Assembly (NCBI GenBank): GCA_965219345.1
Contig: OZ244732.1
Span: 1,408,001-1,472,000, forward strand
DNA: 64,000 bases
Source of the DNA: Nitrosopumilus sp.
GTDB taxonomy: Archaea; Thermoproteota; Nitrososphaeria; Nitrososphaerales; Nitrosopumilaceae
Reading direction: 5' to 3'
Positions 1-11,800 of this stretch are shown here, piece after piece. How positions within the stretch are numbered: position 1 is the first letter of the stretch; each line of letters opens with the position of its first letter. The position numbers and the translations under genes are program-made. The notes under the pieces were generated by a model, which saw nothing but the letters and a program-made list of their open reading frames with translations, was not told where the DNA came from and ran no database searches.

Positions 1-309
1 AATACCATTGAACTCATTTTCAGCAAACTCAGTGTGTGGAAAAGACAACAAAGCAGTTTTGATTTTATCATAAACACGATTTATTTCATCTTTAGTAGAT
101 TCAGCCTCAGCAAATTTCGTGATATCATCAAACGGTCTACACAGTACATGATAAATCTCCATTAAAACGAGTTGAGATACCACTAGGTGATATTCACCGG
201 TTTTAACTTTGTTAAACATATTTTGTGTTTCACGTCTAACTGTGGCAGGATCTTGAAATTTATTCAAATACAACATTGTATCAAAATAAACTTTAATGCC
301 GTCTGGCAT
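1..309 (-). CDS. PIN-domain protein (VapC-like toxin), partial, runs off the window
   Basis: Manual translation MPDGIKVYFDTMLYLNK...LVVSQLVLMEIYHVL has the PIN pattern (hydrophobic-DT ... S--V--E). Its start overlaps the stop of the upstream ORF. Confidence 0.7.
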   Translation of the reverse strand, partial: MPDGIKVYFDTMLYLNKFQDPATVRRETQNMFNKVKTGEYHLVVSQLVLMEIYHVLCRPFDDITKFAEAESTKDEINRVYDKIKTALLSFPHTEFAENEFNGI

Positions 310-1000
310 TTTCTAAAATTTCTTCCAAGTTTATTTTTTTAAAAAGAGAACTTTCTTGATCAATTATCCCAGTAGATTCGTCAATTACATCAGGAATTAT
401 TGAAGGTAATTTTTCCAAACCCATAGATTTCATCATTTTAATTCTAACATCTTGATCATTAAATTGAGGGGATAGAGGAATCCCATCTGGCGCACTAACA
501 GATTTTTCTAAAACAGTTTCAAAAGATTCTTCAAAACTAGGACTTAATTCAGAAAATAAATCAATAATTTTTTGATTTACTTTTGCTTTAATTACACTAT
601 TAGTTGTTGTCTCTGGATACAACTTGTATGAAATTGCAAGAATTTCATCCAAACTACATGGATTTAATGCATTAACCAATGAATTGATTTTTGGTTTCAT
701 TTCTTTTAAAATGGAATTTCCACATTCATAAGTTCTATCAATTAAAGACAAATCATTTCTTCTTTGAAAAATAGGTTTACTGATTCGAACATATCTATCA
801 CTTTCTAATTTTTGCAACAACGGTTCTAGTTCAGGTGAATTAACTCCATATCGATCAGGTTTAAAATTAAAAGGAGATTCTTTATTATTTTTTTCAAACA
901 ATTTGCAAACTAGATGAAGTATTTTTACAAACTTGGTTTTACCTTTTATGACATCAACTGAAGATAAGATTTCTAAAACTAATTCTTCTTTTTGATTCAT
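293..1000 (-). CDS. Putative Panacea/SocA (DUF4065-like) antitoxin
   Basis: IKGKTKFVKILHL...FNFKPDRYGVNSPEL resembles the GxTKLxKLxY / F-xxxx-YGP-S signature; translationally coupled to the PIN gene. Confidence 0.55.
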   Translation of the reverse strand: MNQKEELVLEILSSVDVIKGKTKFVKILHLVCKLFEKNNKESPFNFKPDRYGVNSPELEPLLQKLESDRYVRISKPIFQRRNDLSLIDRTYECGNSILKEMKPKINSLVNALNPCSLDEILAISYKLYPETTTNSVIKAKVNQKIIDLFSELSPSFEESFETVLEKSVSAPDGIPLSPQFNDQDVRIKMMKSMGLEKLPSIIPDVIDESTGIIDQESSLFKKINLEEILENARRH

Positions 1001-1280
1001 TTTGTATTACCTCTTAAAATGACGCCAATAAAATACAAATCAAAAATCCCCATGATTTTTGTCATTTACCTAAATGGCGAATTTAATTATTTAAGTTAAA
1101 CGAATCTTTTAACTCACTGTTTGATCGATTTGAAAAAAATTGTTAGATGCATCTTATGACTTATTCTTAAACTGAATTTACAAGTTTTTAGGCACAAAAC
1201 CACCTAAATTAATCTGAGGTTGACGGGCAGTCAATACAAATTAACCCGATTCGTTCCAGATGGAAAATGAAATTATATTT

Positions 1281-1568
1281 TTATTTTTCAGATTGTCCCT
1301 TTTGAATTAATTTCTTGCGAGATCTAGATTGAAGTAGACTAAACATTATCATTCCAACATTGATAATTGAGATTATTTCAATCAAGTCTACACCATACAA
1401 GAACCAATCAATTACTGGATGAATTCTAGATACAATTCCTGCTTCTAACATAATGTCGGCATTCCATATCATATGTGGAATTTGAATGAATTGTATTATT
1501 GCAATAATTACTATACTTCCTAGTATTTTATTCTCATACCATTGCCAAAATTTATTCCATGCATTCAT
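1281..1568 (-). CDS. Small membrane protein, hypothetical
   Basis: 95 aa with two hydrophobic segments. Confidence 0.65.
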   Translation of the reverse strand: MNAWNKFWQWYENKILGSIVIIAIIQFIQIPHMIWNADIMLEAGIVSRIHPVIDWFLYGVDLIEIISIINVGMIMFSLLQSRSRKKLIQKGQSEK

Positions 1569-1688
1569 GTATTGTATTAGTGAATAATTTTATTAAACAC
1601 TGTGAAAATTAGATACAACTAATTAGACTCTCCTAATTTTTTTGGACACAAAAATAGTTAGTACAGACTAATTAGTGTTAACTAATTT

Positions 1689-3077
1689 TTAATTTTCAGC
1701 TTTGATGTTTTCTTTTTTCATCCAGATTGTTCTTTCTTTGCGATCAATTAATTCAACATTCATCTCATTTAGTTTATCTCGAATTTTGTCTGCATCTTCA
1801 AATTGTTTTTCTTTTCTACATTTCTCTCTACTCTCAATTAGATTGCCTATTTCCTTTTTTTCACTTTCTGTCATTTCAGGAATACTTAATCCCAAAATCT
1901 CTAACATTCTTTGTAATTTTGTTTTGATAATCACTGCATCTTTTTTTCCAAGTTTTTCTTCAGCTGCTAATCTGTTTGTCTCTTTCACAAGTTGGAAAAA
2001 TGCAGACAATGCAAGATGTGTGTTAAAATCACTGTCTAGTGCATTGTCAAATTCAGTACTTGTCTTTTCAATTATTGGATTAATATCTTCATGATTTTTA
2101 CTATCTGCATGAATTAATTCATAGTAACACGTCTCAACTTGTCTCCATTTTGTGAGATTCTCATTTAGCAACTCTTCAGAATAATCAATTGGTTTTGAAT
2201 AATGTCCTGATAGACAGAATAGTCGTATGATGTTAGACCCCCAATTCTCTAAAACATGTTTAATTGATTTTATGTTTCCAAGAGATTTTGACATCTTTTC
2301 TCCATTAATTGTTACCATTCCTACATGCATCCAAATTTTTGCAAATGGAGAATCTGTATGGGATTCTGATTGTGCTATCTCATTTTCATGATGAGGAAAT
2401 ATCAAATCTCTTCCACCACCATGAATCTCAAAGTTTTCTCCAAGATACTTTATACTCATTGCCGAGCATTCTATGTGCCATCCCGGTCTACCTTTTCCCC
2501 ATGGACTATCCCATGTGGGTTCTACATCAGAGAATTTCCACACTGCAAAGTCTAGTGGATCTTTTTTTGCTTCGTCAACTTCAATTCTTGCTCCTGATTG
2601 AAGTTCATCAATTTTCTTTTTTGATAATTTTCCATATTCTGGAAATTTTGATATTGAGAAATAGACGCCATTTTTAGAAGTATATGCAATTTGGTTTTCA
2701 ATTAATTTTTCAATAAATTTGATTATGTCATCGATATGTTCAGTAGCTTTTGGATAGTTTGTTGCGCGTTTTACATTTAATCCATCAAAATCTTTGAAAT
2801 AATTTTTAATGTATTTGGTGCTAATTTCTTCTGCAGTAGTGTTTTCTGATTGTGCACGATTTATGATTTTATCATCTACATCTGTGAAGTTTTGAATAAA
2901 CTCAACCCATGTTCCTTTTCTCTCCACATATTTTCTTAGCACATCAAAAACTATGATGGTTCTTGCATGTCCAATGTGAGATTCATCATAAACAGTCATC
3001 CCACACAGGTAGATCCTAACTTTTTTTGAAATGTCTAACTCTTGTTCCGAATTTGACAATGTATCTTGAAGTTTCAT
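1689..3077 (-). CDS. cysS: Cysteinyl-tRNA synthetase
   Basis: CGMTVYD, HIGH, GRPGWHIEC and KMSKS motifs. Confidence 0.98.
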   Translation of the reverse strand: MKLQDTLSNSEQELDISKKVRIYLCGMTVYDESHIGHARTIIVFDVLRKYVERKGTWVEFIQNFTDVDDKIINRAQSENTTAEEISTKYIKNYFKDFDGLNVKRATNYPKATEHIDDIIKFIEKLIENQIAYTSKNGVYFSISKFPEYGKLSKKKIDELQSGARIEVDEAKKDPLDFAVWKFSDVEPTWDSPWGKGRPGWHIECSAMSIKYLGENFEIHGGGRDLIFPHHENEIAQSESHTDSPFAKIWMHVGMVTINGEKMSKSLGNIKSIKHVLENWGSNIIRLFCLSGHYSKPIDYSEELLNENLTKWRQVETCYYELIHADSKNHEDINPIIEKTSTEFDNALDSDFNTHLALSAFFQLVKETNRLAAEEKLGKKDAVIIKTKLQRMLEILGLSIPEMTESEKKEIGNLIESREKCRKEKQFEDADKIRDKLNEMNVELIDRKERTIWMKKENIKAEN

Positions 3078-3079
3078 TC

Positions 3080-3868
3080 TTATTCTCTATCTGGTTTTTG
3101 TGCCTGCAATCTTTTATGTTCGCTGTTTGTGTTCAATTCGTGGACTTTATCTACAATTGATTTTTCAATTTGAGTTATTTTCACTGTTTCATCGACTGAT
3201 AATTTTTTGTCACATAGGCAATACAGGATAGAATCTATTTCTTCATATGATGCACCTAGTTCTTCTTCTGCTTTGTGTTCTTTCCATAAATGTGGGCTAC
3301 TCTTTTTTGAAATGACTTTCTCTGGCACTCCAAGATACTTTGCAATTTCTCTTACTTGGAGTTTGTATAGTGAAATAATTGGAGTAATATCTGATGCCCC
3401 ATCTCCAAATTTTGTGAAATAACCAATTAGATACTCACTTTTGTCACTTGAACCTAAAACTAGATAGTTTTTGGAATTTGCATAGTAATACAAAATATTA
3501 GTTCTAATTCTTGCACGAAGATTTCCTTTAGATTTTTCATTTGGTTCAAGATACATAGAATATTCGTTTACAATTGGTTTGATGTCAATTAATTTGTGTT
3601 CAATTCCTGTTAATGCAATCATTTTGAGGGCATCTTCTGTTTCTGATGGTGTAATTGAAGTGTCTGGCATTATCATTGCCAATGTTTTTTCTTTTAGTTT
3701 TCTTTTGCAAATATAAGCTAAAACTGCTGAATCAATTCCTCCACTTAATCCTAGAATGATACCTTTTGAATGATTTTTTTCTATTTGGTCTGATAAGAAT
3801 TTTTCAATTGTTTCAGTAATTGAAGCATAGTCGTTATTTTTTATTTCATTTATGATATCTTGATTCAA
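3080..3868 (-). CDS. nadE: NH3-dependent NAD+ synthetase
   Basis: GLSGGIDS, GNLRARIR and GYFTKFGDG motifs. Confidence 0.97.
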   Translation of the reverse strand: MNQDIINEIKNNDYASITETIEKFLSDQIEKNHSKGIILGLSGGIDSAVLAYICKRKLKEKTLAMIMPDTSITPSETEDALKMIALTGIEHKLIDIKPIVNEYSMYLEPNEKSKGNLRARIRTNILYYYANSKNYLVLGSSDKSEYLIGYFTKFGDGASDITPIISLYKLQVREIAKYLGVPEKVISKKSSPHLWKEHKAEEELGASYEEIDSILYCLCDKKLSVDETVKITQIEKSIVDKVHELNTNSEHKRLQAQKPDRE

Positions 3869-4099
3869 TAACTAATTTGAAGAATATGTGAATAAAAATT
3901 GTGCCTAATATTGAATCTAAATAAGTTCATTTTGAACACACATTATTCCTTATACTAACTTGGTATTGTAAAATTACAGAATAATCTGTGCCCAACATAA
4001 CCCATACCTAGCATAAGGGAAGGGAAATTTGTCCCTTCTCTTTTTGTATTTAATATTTAGAATTTGTCTTGTTGTAAATTATCAAGAAATTTTTAACTT

Positions 4100-4402
4100 T
4101 TAGATATCTACATAGATGCCATCATCTCTTGACTCTACAGAATATGTTTCCAGTTTGACATCTTTTAGATAGTCATTAAGTTGGCCTGTTTTGATGTTAT
4201 AATGCCAAAAGTGTAATGGGCATTCTACAATATCCCCCTCTAATTTTCCAGGTGCAATTGAACCATCTTGATGAACACAAAGATCATCTAATGCATGATA
4301 TCCATCTTGATTAAATATTGCAATTTGTTTTCCATCAATTTTGAAAGCTTTACCTTTCCCTGTAGCAATTTCTCCCTTCTCAGCAATCTTCTTCCAAGTC
4401 AA
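4100..4402 (-). CDS. Rieske [2Fe-2S] ferredoxin
   Basis: CVH...CPLH Rieske ligands. Confidence 0.92.
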   Translation of the reverse strand: MTWKKIAEKGEIATGKGKAFKIDGKQIAIFNQDGYHALDDLCVHQDGSIAPGKLEGDIVECPLHFWHYNIKTGQLNDYLKDVKLETYSVESRDDGIYVDI

Positions 4403-4477
4403 TAATTCTGCGGCATACTTGTCATTTATTTACATTCGCATGATAGAATTTTATAGTATAATTTAAGAATCTGATCG

Positions 4478-5719
4478 TTGAGTAAAGTAAAGACTAGCCA
4501 AAAATTGATCAAAGAAGGCAAATTGTCTTATGAGTGGGCTAGATCACATATGCAAATTCTAGATAATACCATTAATCGCTTTAAAAAATCAAAACCACTA
4601 AAGGGTGTAACCCTTGGATTTTGTTTGCATATTACAAAAGAGACTTCAGTATTATTAATGGGTGCCAAAGAACTTGGGGCAAATGTTGCTTGTTGTGGCG
4701 GAAACCCGTTAACTACTCAAGATAGCATTGCCGCATTTTTGGCATCTAAAGGAATTCATGTTTATTCATGGCATGGACAATCTGTCAAAGAATATGATTG
4801 GTGTATTGATCAAGTATTGAAACACAAACCAACCATTCTAACTGATGATGGCGCTGACATGAATATCAAAGCTCACTTTGATAAGAGATTCAAGAACATG
4901 AAAATTCTTGGAGCGACTGAAGAAACTACTGCTGGTGTTACTCGAATCAGAGCAGTAGAAAACAAAGGCAAACTGCGTTATCCTGTAATTTTAGTTAATG
5001 AAGCATATACAAAACACATGTTTGATAATAGATATGGAACTGGACAAAGCACCATTGATGGTTATCTTCGTGCTATGAATTTGCTTTTGGCATCAAAACG
5101 TGTAGTAGTTGTTGGTTATGGTTGGGTTGGACGTGGTGTTGCATCAAGATGTCATGGAATGGGCTCCAAAGTTGTTGTTACTGAAATAGATCCTGTTAAA
5201 GCATTAGAAGCTCATATGGATGGATTTGAAGTAATGCCAATGGCACAAGCTGCAAAGATTGGTGAAATTTTTGTTACATGTACTGGTATGACTAGTGTGA
5301 TTAGAAAAGAACACATCTTACAAATGAGAGATGGTGCCATTATGGGTAATGTGGGACACTTTGATGTAGAAATTGATAGTGATTTCTTACTAAAGAAATC
5401 AAAATCTGTTAAAGAAGTAAGACCAAGTCTTGATGAATGTATTTTGAAAAATGGAAAAAGAGTTTATCTAATTGGGCAAGGACGTCTTGCAAACTTGGTT
5501 GCAGCAGAAGGCCATCCTCCAGAAGTAATGGCCCAGTCATTCTCAAATCAAATTCTGTCCGTTTTGTACATTCTCAAAAATCACAAAAAAATGGAAAATA
5601 AAATCATTAACGTCCCTGAAGAAATTGACAAACAAGTAGCAGTTGATGCTCTAAAGGCAATGAATGTTAAAATTGATAAACTTACTCCAGAACAAGTAAA
5701 ATATGCCAGCAGTTGGTAA
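4478..5719 (+). CDS. ahcY: S-adenosylhomocysteine hydrolase
   Basis: EETTAG, KHMFDNRYGTGQS, GYGWVGRG and GHPPEVM motifs. Confidence 0.98.
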   Translation: MSKVKTSQKLIKEGKLSYEWARSHMQILDNTINRFKKSKPLKGVTLGFCLHITKETSVLLMGAKELGANVACCGGNPLTTQDSIAAFLASKGIHVYSWHGQSVKEYDWCIDQVLKHKPTILTDDGADMNIKAHFDKRFKNMKILGATEETTAGVTRIRAVENKGKLRYPVILVNEAYTKHMFDNRYGTGQSTIDGYLRAMNLLLASKRVVVVGYGWVGRGVASRCHGMGSKVVVTEIDPVKALEAHMDGFEVMPMAQAAKIGEIFVTCTGMTSVIRKEHILQMRDGAIMGNVGHFDVEIDSDFLLKKSKSVKEVRPSLDECILKNGKRVYLIGQGRLANLVAAEGHPPEVMAQSFSNQILSVLYILKNHKKMENKIINVPEEIDKQVAVDALKAMNVKIDKLTPEQVKYASSW

Positions 5720-5910
5720 TTATCTGATCTAATCTTTTAGCAAATTAGCTAACCATTTCTTATATCTAATTTATTTTTAAAATATTTTATGTCAATTTGT
5801 GAATGTATTTTATCTGATAATACGCCGGAACACCTCAAAAATATTCAAAAAATACTCCAAATGGATGATTCTCTCTCAAATAGATCTGGTGTTGTAGAAT
5901 TATTGTTACG

Positions 5911-7051
5911 TAGTGAATTGGATTGATATTGGATCACAAAACAGCCAACATTATTCGACCGAAGGATCCAGATAACAGTACGCCTGACACGGCACATGAA
6001 AGACACCACAATATCAACGGGGAGCGACTTTCTTCCCAAGACCGGGGCGGGATACCTCAGGAAGATCCAGAAGACAGAGGTGGATCCAAAGGCAAGGACA
6101 AGGCTCCTCCTTGCGTACATCATGCGCAAGGAAGGCGTATCCATACGCCAGATAGGAAGGGCGCTCAACAGGCCGTACTCTACCGTACGGGGCTGGCTCA
6201 TGCGCGCCATGCAGATGGGCATACTGGGCAGGTACGACGAGATGAGGCCGGGCGCAATCCCGAAGATTGACACACTCCAGACCAAACAGCTTAGGGCAGA
6301 CCTGATAGCCGGCCCGGACAGGTGCGGATTCGAGTCGGGCCTGTGGACTGCACATCTCCTCGCAGAGCACATCCGGAAGAAGTTCGGCGTGCAGTACGCC
6401 ACGGTGAGCGTCTACGACATACTCCGCAGGATCGGGTTCACGTAGCAGACCCCGTGTCCGAGGCACCCCAAATCAGCCTCGGAACAAGAAGGTCGAATTT
6501 AAAAAAAAGCAGGGCGTACCGTCTCGTACTATTCCTCCCGCGGATACACCGTGGTTGCGTAGGACGAGGCATCCCACATAATCGGGCTGGTGCAGAAGAA
6601 GAAGAAGAAGACGTGGGCGCCTAGGGGCGCAGGTGCCACGGCGCCGTCGACTCTCTCAAGGCAGAGGTTCTACTCGTTTGGCGCGCTGCACCGTGATGGG
6701 TTCTGTTGCTCATTCTACGAGAAGGCAAACGGAGACAGCTTCTGCGACTTTCTAAAGGGACTCAAAAGAAAGTTTGGAAGGGTGCTCGTCTTTGCAGACA
6801 ACGCGGGCTACCACAAGTCCTCCCATGTCGGGGAGGAAGTCAGGAAGCTCGGGGGCGACGTTGTGCTCAGGTACTTTCCGGTGTACACGCCGGACCTCAA
6901 CCCCACAGAGTGGCAGTGGCGCAACACCAGGCTGCACACTGCCAACAGGCTGTACGAGTCGGCCGATGAGATGAAGAGATCAATAAGAACGATGCTGCGC
7001 ACGGGAGAGATCATGGTTGCCAAGATGAGCGATTATCTGACATAATCACTA
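5911..7051 (+). mobile_element. IS630-family insertion sequence (degenerate)
   Basis: GC-rich block bounded by TA-GTGAATT (5911) and AATCAC-TA (7051), i.e. short inverted ends with a TA duplication. It contains HTH and DDE ORFs. Confidence 0.8.
5996..7045 (+). pseudogene. IS630 transposase, interrupted
   Basis: HTH ORF 5996-6445 ends at TAG; A-run near 6501; a second TAG precedes the DEA motif; DDE ORF 6590-7045 has DNAGYH and YTPDLNPTE. Confidence 0.85.
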
Positions 7052-7361
7052 CGTGACATGAACCCTGTACGAGTGGTTCCGGAACGCCATATCCAGCACG
7101 CACAGCAAGGCGGCCGCGTCATCGGAGGCATCCTTCCATACGGTGGGGGATCAATCTCTTGAGTTTCTTGATCCTCGCCCTTATGGTCCTGCCCTCCTCC
7201 CTCCGCCTGCCCTCGTATGCCCTATAGTTGCGATACTTTCTGGCATTGGCGTTCCTGGCATGCCTGCGATACTGCCTGACATGGGCGTCGTACTGCGCGC
7301 CTGCCCTCCCACGCTTCTTTCTTTTCAAAGACATTAGATGTGTGCCATGCCCCGTGATCAA
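7052..7361 (-). pseudogene. GC-rich transposase-like 5' fragment, truncated by the IS630
   Basis: Arg-rich N-terminal ORF with a frameshifted continuation that ends at the IS630 border; its upstream sequence resembles 19360-19400. Confidence 0.35.
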
Positions 7362-7479
7362 AAAGCATTGCAGGATGATTCATGATCTATAAGCTTTTCG
7401 CGGATTTTTCCGGGAGGATTTGGACAGCACCGTAAAGTATAGTCACTTTTTTAACTTAGAACAATAGAATGTATCATAA

Positions 7480-8592
7480 ATGAATAAAATATTGCTTTTG
7501 ATACCTCTACTTTTTATTGTATCATCTTCTATGGCATTTTCTTCATCCATTGATAGTCCTAAACATCAATTAGAATCTGGAATTGCCCCTGAAAATATAA
7601 TCTGTAAAGAAAATCTGGTTTTAACCATTCGTACAAATGGACAACCTGCATGTGTTACTGAAAGAACCGCAGACAAATTAAATTGGAAGATAATGTCAAA
7701 TAACATACCTAAAGAATTTACCAAATCCATAACAAGTGAATCAGATACAACTACAGAACTTACAATACCCATAACAAATAAGATGAATGTATCAACAGAA
7801 ATATCTAAAGAACGTATTCTAACAAAATTTGAACGATCTGCTGAACTTTCTGCAATTAGAAGTAGCTGTATTAATTGGCCAGTTTTCTCAATTGATACAC
7901 CAAGTCAAGTAACAATTGGTACAGAATTTGATGTAATACTTGATTATACATTTGTTATTCCTGATATTGATGCGGGATATGAGGATCCCGATGCAATAAT
8001 GGGACAAGAACTTTTTACAGCTTGTAATATAGGTAACATTTACCTTATTTATCCAGAACATGCCGAGATTGTTGATGCTGGATATGTACACTATATCACA
8101 CGTATAGACGACAACTGGGATCCTCCTTTAGTTATAAATTCTGGAAAAATTGCTTATTCCTTTGATAATACAGCTCCTCAAAGCAAAACTATAACCATGA
8201 AAATAAATGAACCATCACCGTTTGATGATAAAAGCTTTTTTGATATTAGTATGGATGCGAATAATGTTCGAAGATACATCAGTATCAACGGCGATGTTGT
8301 AACATTAAGTGAAAATGTTCCTCCACAACCATTAAGCGCAATTTCTAGCTCTCTTAGCGTTGATACTAGTTTCACAAAAACTTGGGTTGGCGATTATGCA
8401 AACAAAACCGGAACTGTTAAATTAGTTAATCGAAACCAACTTCCACAAAATGAGCCGCCAGTAGAATTATTTGCTGATTTTCTAAAAGAATATTATCCTG
8501 ATAAAAATTATGAAGAATTTATACTTTCTTTCAATTTTACTGAATCTTATGTAGAGATTTTTTTTGAAGCTAATCCCGACATGAGAAATTAA
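7480..8592 (+). CDS. Secreted thaumarchaeal protein; partial paralog of the adjacent giant protein
   Basis: Signal peptide; SPKHQLESG..C..LV...NGQPACV motif typical of Nitrosopumilus exported proteins; C-terminal ~215 aa nearly identical to the next gene. Confidence 0.8.
   Translation: MNKILLLIPLLFIVSSSMAFSSSIDSPKHQLESGIAPENIICKENLVLTIRTNGQPACVTERTADKLNWKIMSNNIPKEFTKSITSESDTTTELTIPITNKMNVSTEISKERILTKFERSAELSAIRSSCINWPVFSIDTPSQVTIGTEFDVILDYTFVIPDIDAGYEDPDAIMGQELFTACNIGNIYLIYPEHAEIVDAGYVHYITRIDDNWDPPLVINSGKIAYSFDNTAPQSKTITMKINEPSPFDDKSFFDISMDANNVRRYISINGDVVTLSENVPPQPLSAISSSLSVDTSFTKTWVGDYANKTGTVKLVNRNQLPQNEPPVELFADFLKEYYPDKNYEEFILSFNFTESYVEIFFEANPDMRN
7873..8520 (+). repeat. ~650-bp near-identical direct repeat (second copy ~9070-9717)
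   Basis: AATTGGCCAGTTTTCTCAATTGATAC ... AAATTATGAAGAATTT occurs twice with few substitutions. Confidence 0.92.
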
Positions 8593-8838
8593 TACTCTTT
8601 CAAATTAATTGAGCCTGCATTCTCAATAAATTGCTTAGAATTTGGTGGAACATATGCTGAATCATCTTTTGGTGCCAAATCCTGAACTGTCAGGAGATAT
8701 GTCTTTTTTTTGATTGCTCTGTGAGGGATTGATTTACTTTTCTAAGATGAGACATTGAAATTCTCTTTAGGCCATACACCCACAATGATCACAGTGCTTT
8801 AATATTCTATAGTAAAAATTATCACGTTGATAAAATAA

Positions 8839-11800
8839 ATGCTAGAATTAGATAAACAAATTATTTTGAGCGTATTCTTATCTTTAATTTTGGTTATAGG
8901 AAGTACTTCATTATCATTTGCAGAATTCTCTACTAATTCAATTATTTTACAAAATACTGATACCATAAATCATGAGCACGCATTTTCTGAAAAATTTACA
9001 GACAAAAGAATTATTACAACATATGATCTGAAATCAAAACCATTTGGCGGTATTAATTCACAATGTAGTAATTGGCCAGTTTTCTCAATTGATACGCCAA
9101 GTCAAGTAACAATTGGTACAGAATTTGATGTAATACTTGATTATACATTTGTTATTCCTGATGTTGATGCGGGATATGAAGATCCTGATGCAATATTGGA
9201 ACAAGAACTTTTTACAGTTTGTAATATGGGTAGCATTTACCTTATTTATCCAGAACATGCTGAGATTGTTGATGCTGGATATGTACACTATATCACACGT
9301 ACAGACGACAACTGGGATCCTCCTTTAGTTATAAATTCTGGAAAAATTGCTTATTCCTTTGATAATACAGCTCCTCAAAGCAAAACTATAACCATGAAAA
9401 TAAATGAACCATCACCGTTTGATGATAGAAGCTTTTTTGATATTAGTATGGATGCGAATAATGTTCGAAGATACATCAGTATCAACGGCGATGTTGTAAC
9501 ATTAAGTGAAAATGTTCCTCCACAACCATTAAGCGCAATTTCTAGCTCTCTTAGCGTTGATACTAGTTCAACAAAAACTTGGGTTGGCGATTATGCAAAC
9601 AAAACCGGAACTGTTAAATTAGTTAATAGAAACCAACTTCCACAAAATGAGCCGCCAGTAGAATTATTTGCTGATTTTCTAAAAGAATATTATCCTGATG
9701 AAAATTATGAAGAATTTTTAAGTTCAATGAATTATTCTAATGAATATATTGATCAGTTAATGTATGATAGACCAGATCTAGATACACAGTCATTTACTTC
9801 TGTTTTTAATTTTACTTTACCTTCAATATTTAGTCAAGGACCTCCTCCATTTGGATTTGTTACTGGCACTGTGGAAAATTATGATTCAATTGGTGTACTA
9901 GAACCAGTAAATGGCGCAAAGGTTTGTGCTCTTGATTTTAATGTAGGAATAGGTTATAGTTCTGATGAATTATTCAATGGTTCAACACCTATTTGTGATA
10001 TTACTGATATTAATGGAGATTTTTCATTTGCAGTTCCATTAACTGATACTGAGGGAGATGGTACGACTCCAGATCTTATTATGAACATAAAAGCAGACAA
10101 TGGAAAATTTAACATTGGTCGTGATCTTGTAGATCGTGAAACTTCTGAAGAAATATTTACTACTTTTACTGGAGTTGATGACGATGTACAAATAGACATC
10201 ACTTCTGTCTATTTTGATTACGGTACTTTCACTATCAACCAAGGTAGTATTATTAGTGAAGTCATGTGGGTTCAAAACACATTACAGTCAACTTATGATT
10301 GGTATTTAGACACATTACAATATGATGTGCCTCCTGTCATCATTAATTGGGATCCATTTGCTTGTCAGGGAGTAGGTATTTTTCCTGGTACTGATGAGAT
10401 ATTCATAGATTCTAGTACAACCCGTATGGACACATATTGTGGTATTCCTAATTCCGTACTTGATCATCCTGACACGATTAGACATGAATATGCACATCAT
10501 ACTCATATTCAAATTTACCAAGATCTTGGTTCTGCATTTCCCTTACTTAATTGTCCTAACAATCATTCTGCTGTAACTCCTGGTGGAGATTCTGGGTGTG
10601 CATGGATAGAAGGATGGTCAAGTTTTGTTCCTTTAGCTATTGACAATGATCCAAATTATGAGGCAGCTGGAATTGTTGGAATCATTGACTATGAAAATCG
10701 TGTATTTCCACCTGATCCTAAATTTGAAGGATTGCCTTGGATTGATGGAATAAATGGAGAAGGTAGTGTAACTGCTGCATTATATGATCTTGTTGATACA
10801 AATAATGAAGGCGGTGATGATCGTTCTAATTTATTGCCTGATATCTGGGCAACTTTTACTGATCCACTAGAAGTTGGTTCTGAAACTATCATCGCTGAAA
10901 ATATTTTAGAATATGTAGAAGATTGGCAAGATTCCAATAGACCCGACTTACAAAGCACTTTTGAGCATAACACAATTTTAGATCCAATAATTGTTGTTCC
11001 ACCAGTACTAGGTACTCTAGATTCATTCTTAGATGATTTTGAAAGATCTGATGATAATTTTCCTGATTGGACAGAGATAGGTGAATGGGGTACTGACACA
11101 CCAGAAGAAAGAAATGGTGATCTACCCGCCAATAGTATTAGAGTAGCGCATATTCAAAACTGTATTCCTGATTGTAGTTTGACAATGAATGATGCAGTTA
11201 ATCTAAGTCAATATGATTCTGCAACATTATCGTTATACCGATGGCTTGAAAATTCTATTGATACAACAGATTTTCTTAAAGTTGAAGCATCAGGTGATGA
11301 TGGACAAAATTGGGATACACTAGTTACTTGGTCTGAAGAAAGTGACGATGAAATATGGCATTTTGAAACATTTGATTTGGCAAGTTATATTGATAGTACT
11401 GCATTTCAAGTTCGATTTGTCGTTAGCTCTTCCTTCACTGAAGAAGTTGAAATTGATCATGTATTAATTGAAGGAACATCTGCTGATACAACATCTCCCA
11501 ATATTACAATAAATTCCCCACAAAACGGTGCTATACTTACACAAAGTACTTTTACAGTTTCTGGTATAGCATCTGATTCTGAATCTGGCATCATACAAGT
11601 ACAAATATCCATAGATGGAGGTCCACAACAAACAGCAATAGGTACTACTTTATGGAGTATTATTGTTAGTGGTCTTTCTACGGGACAACATACAATTGTT
11701 ATGCGAGCAACAAACGGTGAAGGACTTGAAACCAATACTTCAATTCTAGTAACTGTATCTACAGTACCTGATCCTCCAACTAATCTATTAGCTAATGTAG

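Noticed and set aside
6443-6565. Pyrrolysine or stop read-through in the IS630 transposase
   Set aside because: Two TAGs plus a frameshift are more simply explained by decay, and no pyl genes are visible.
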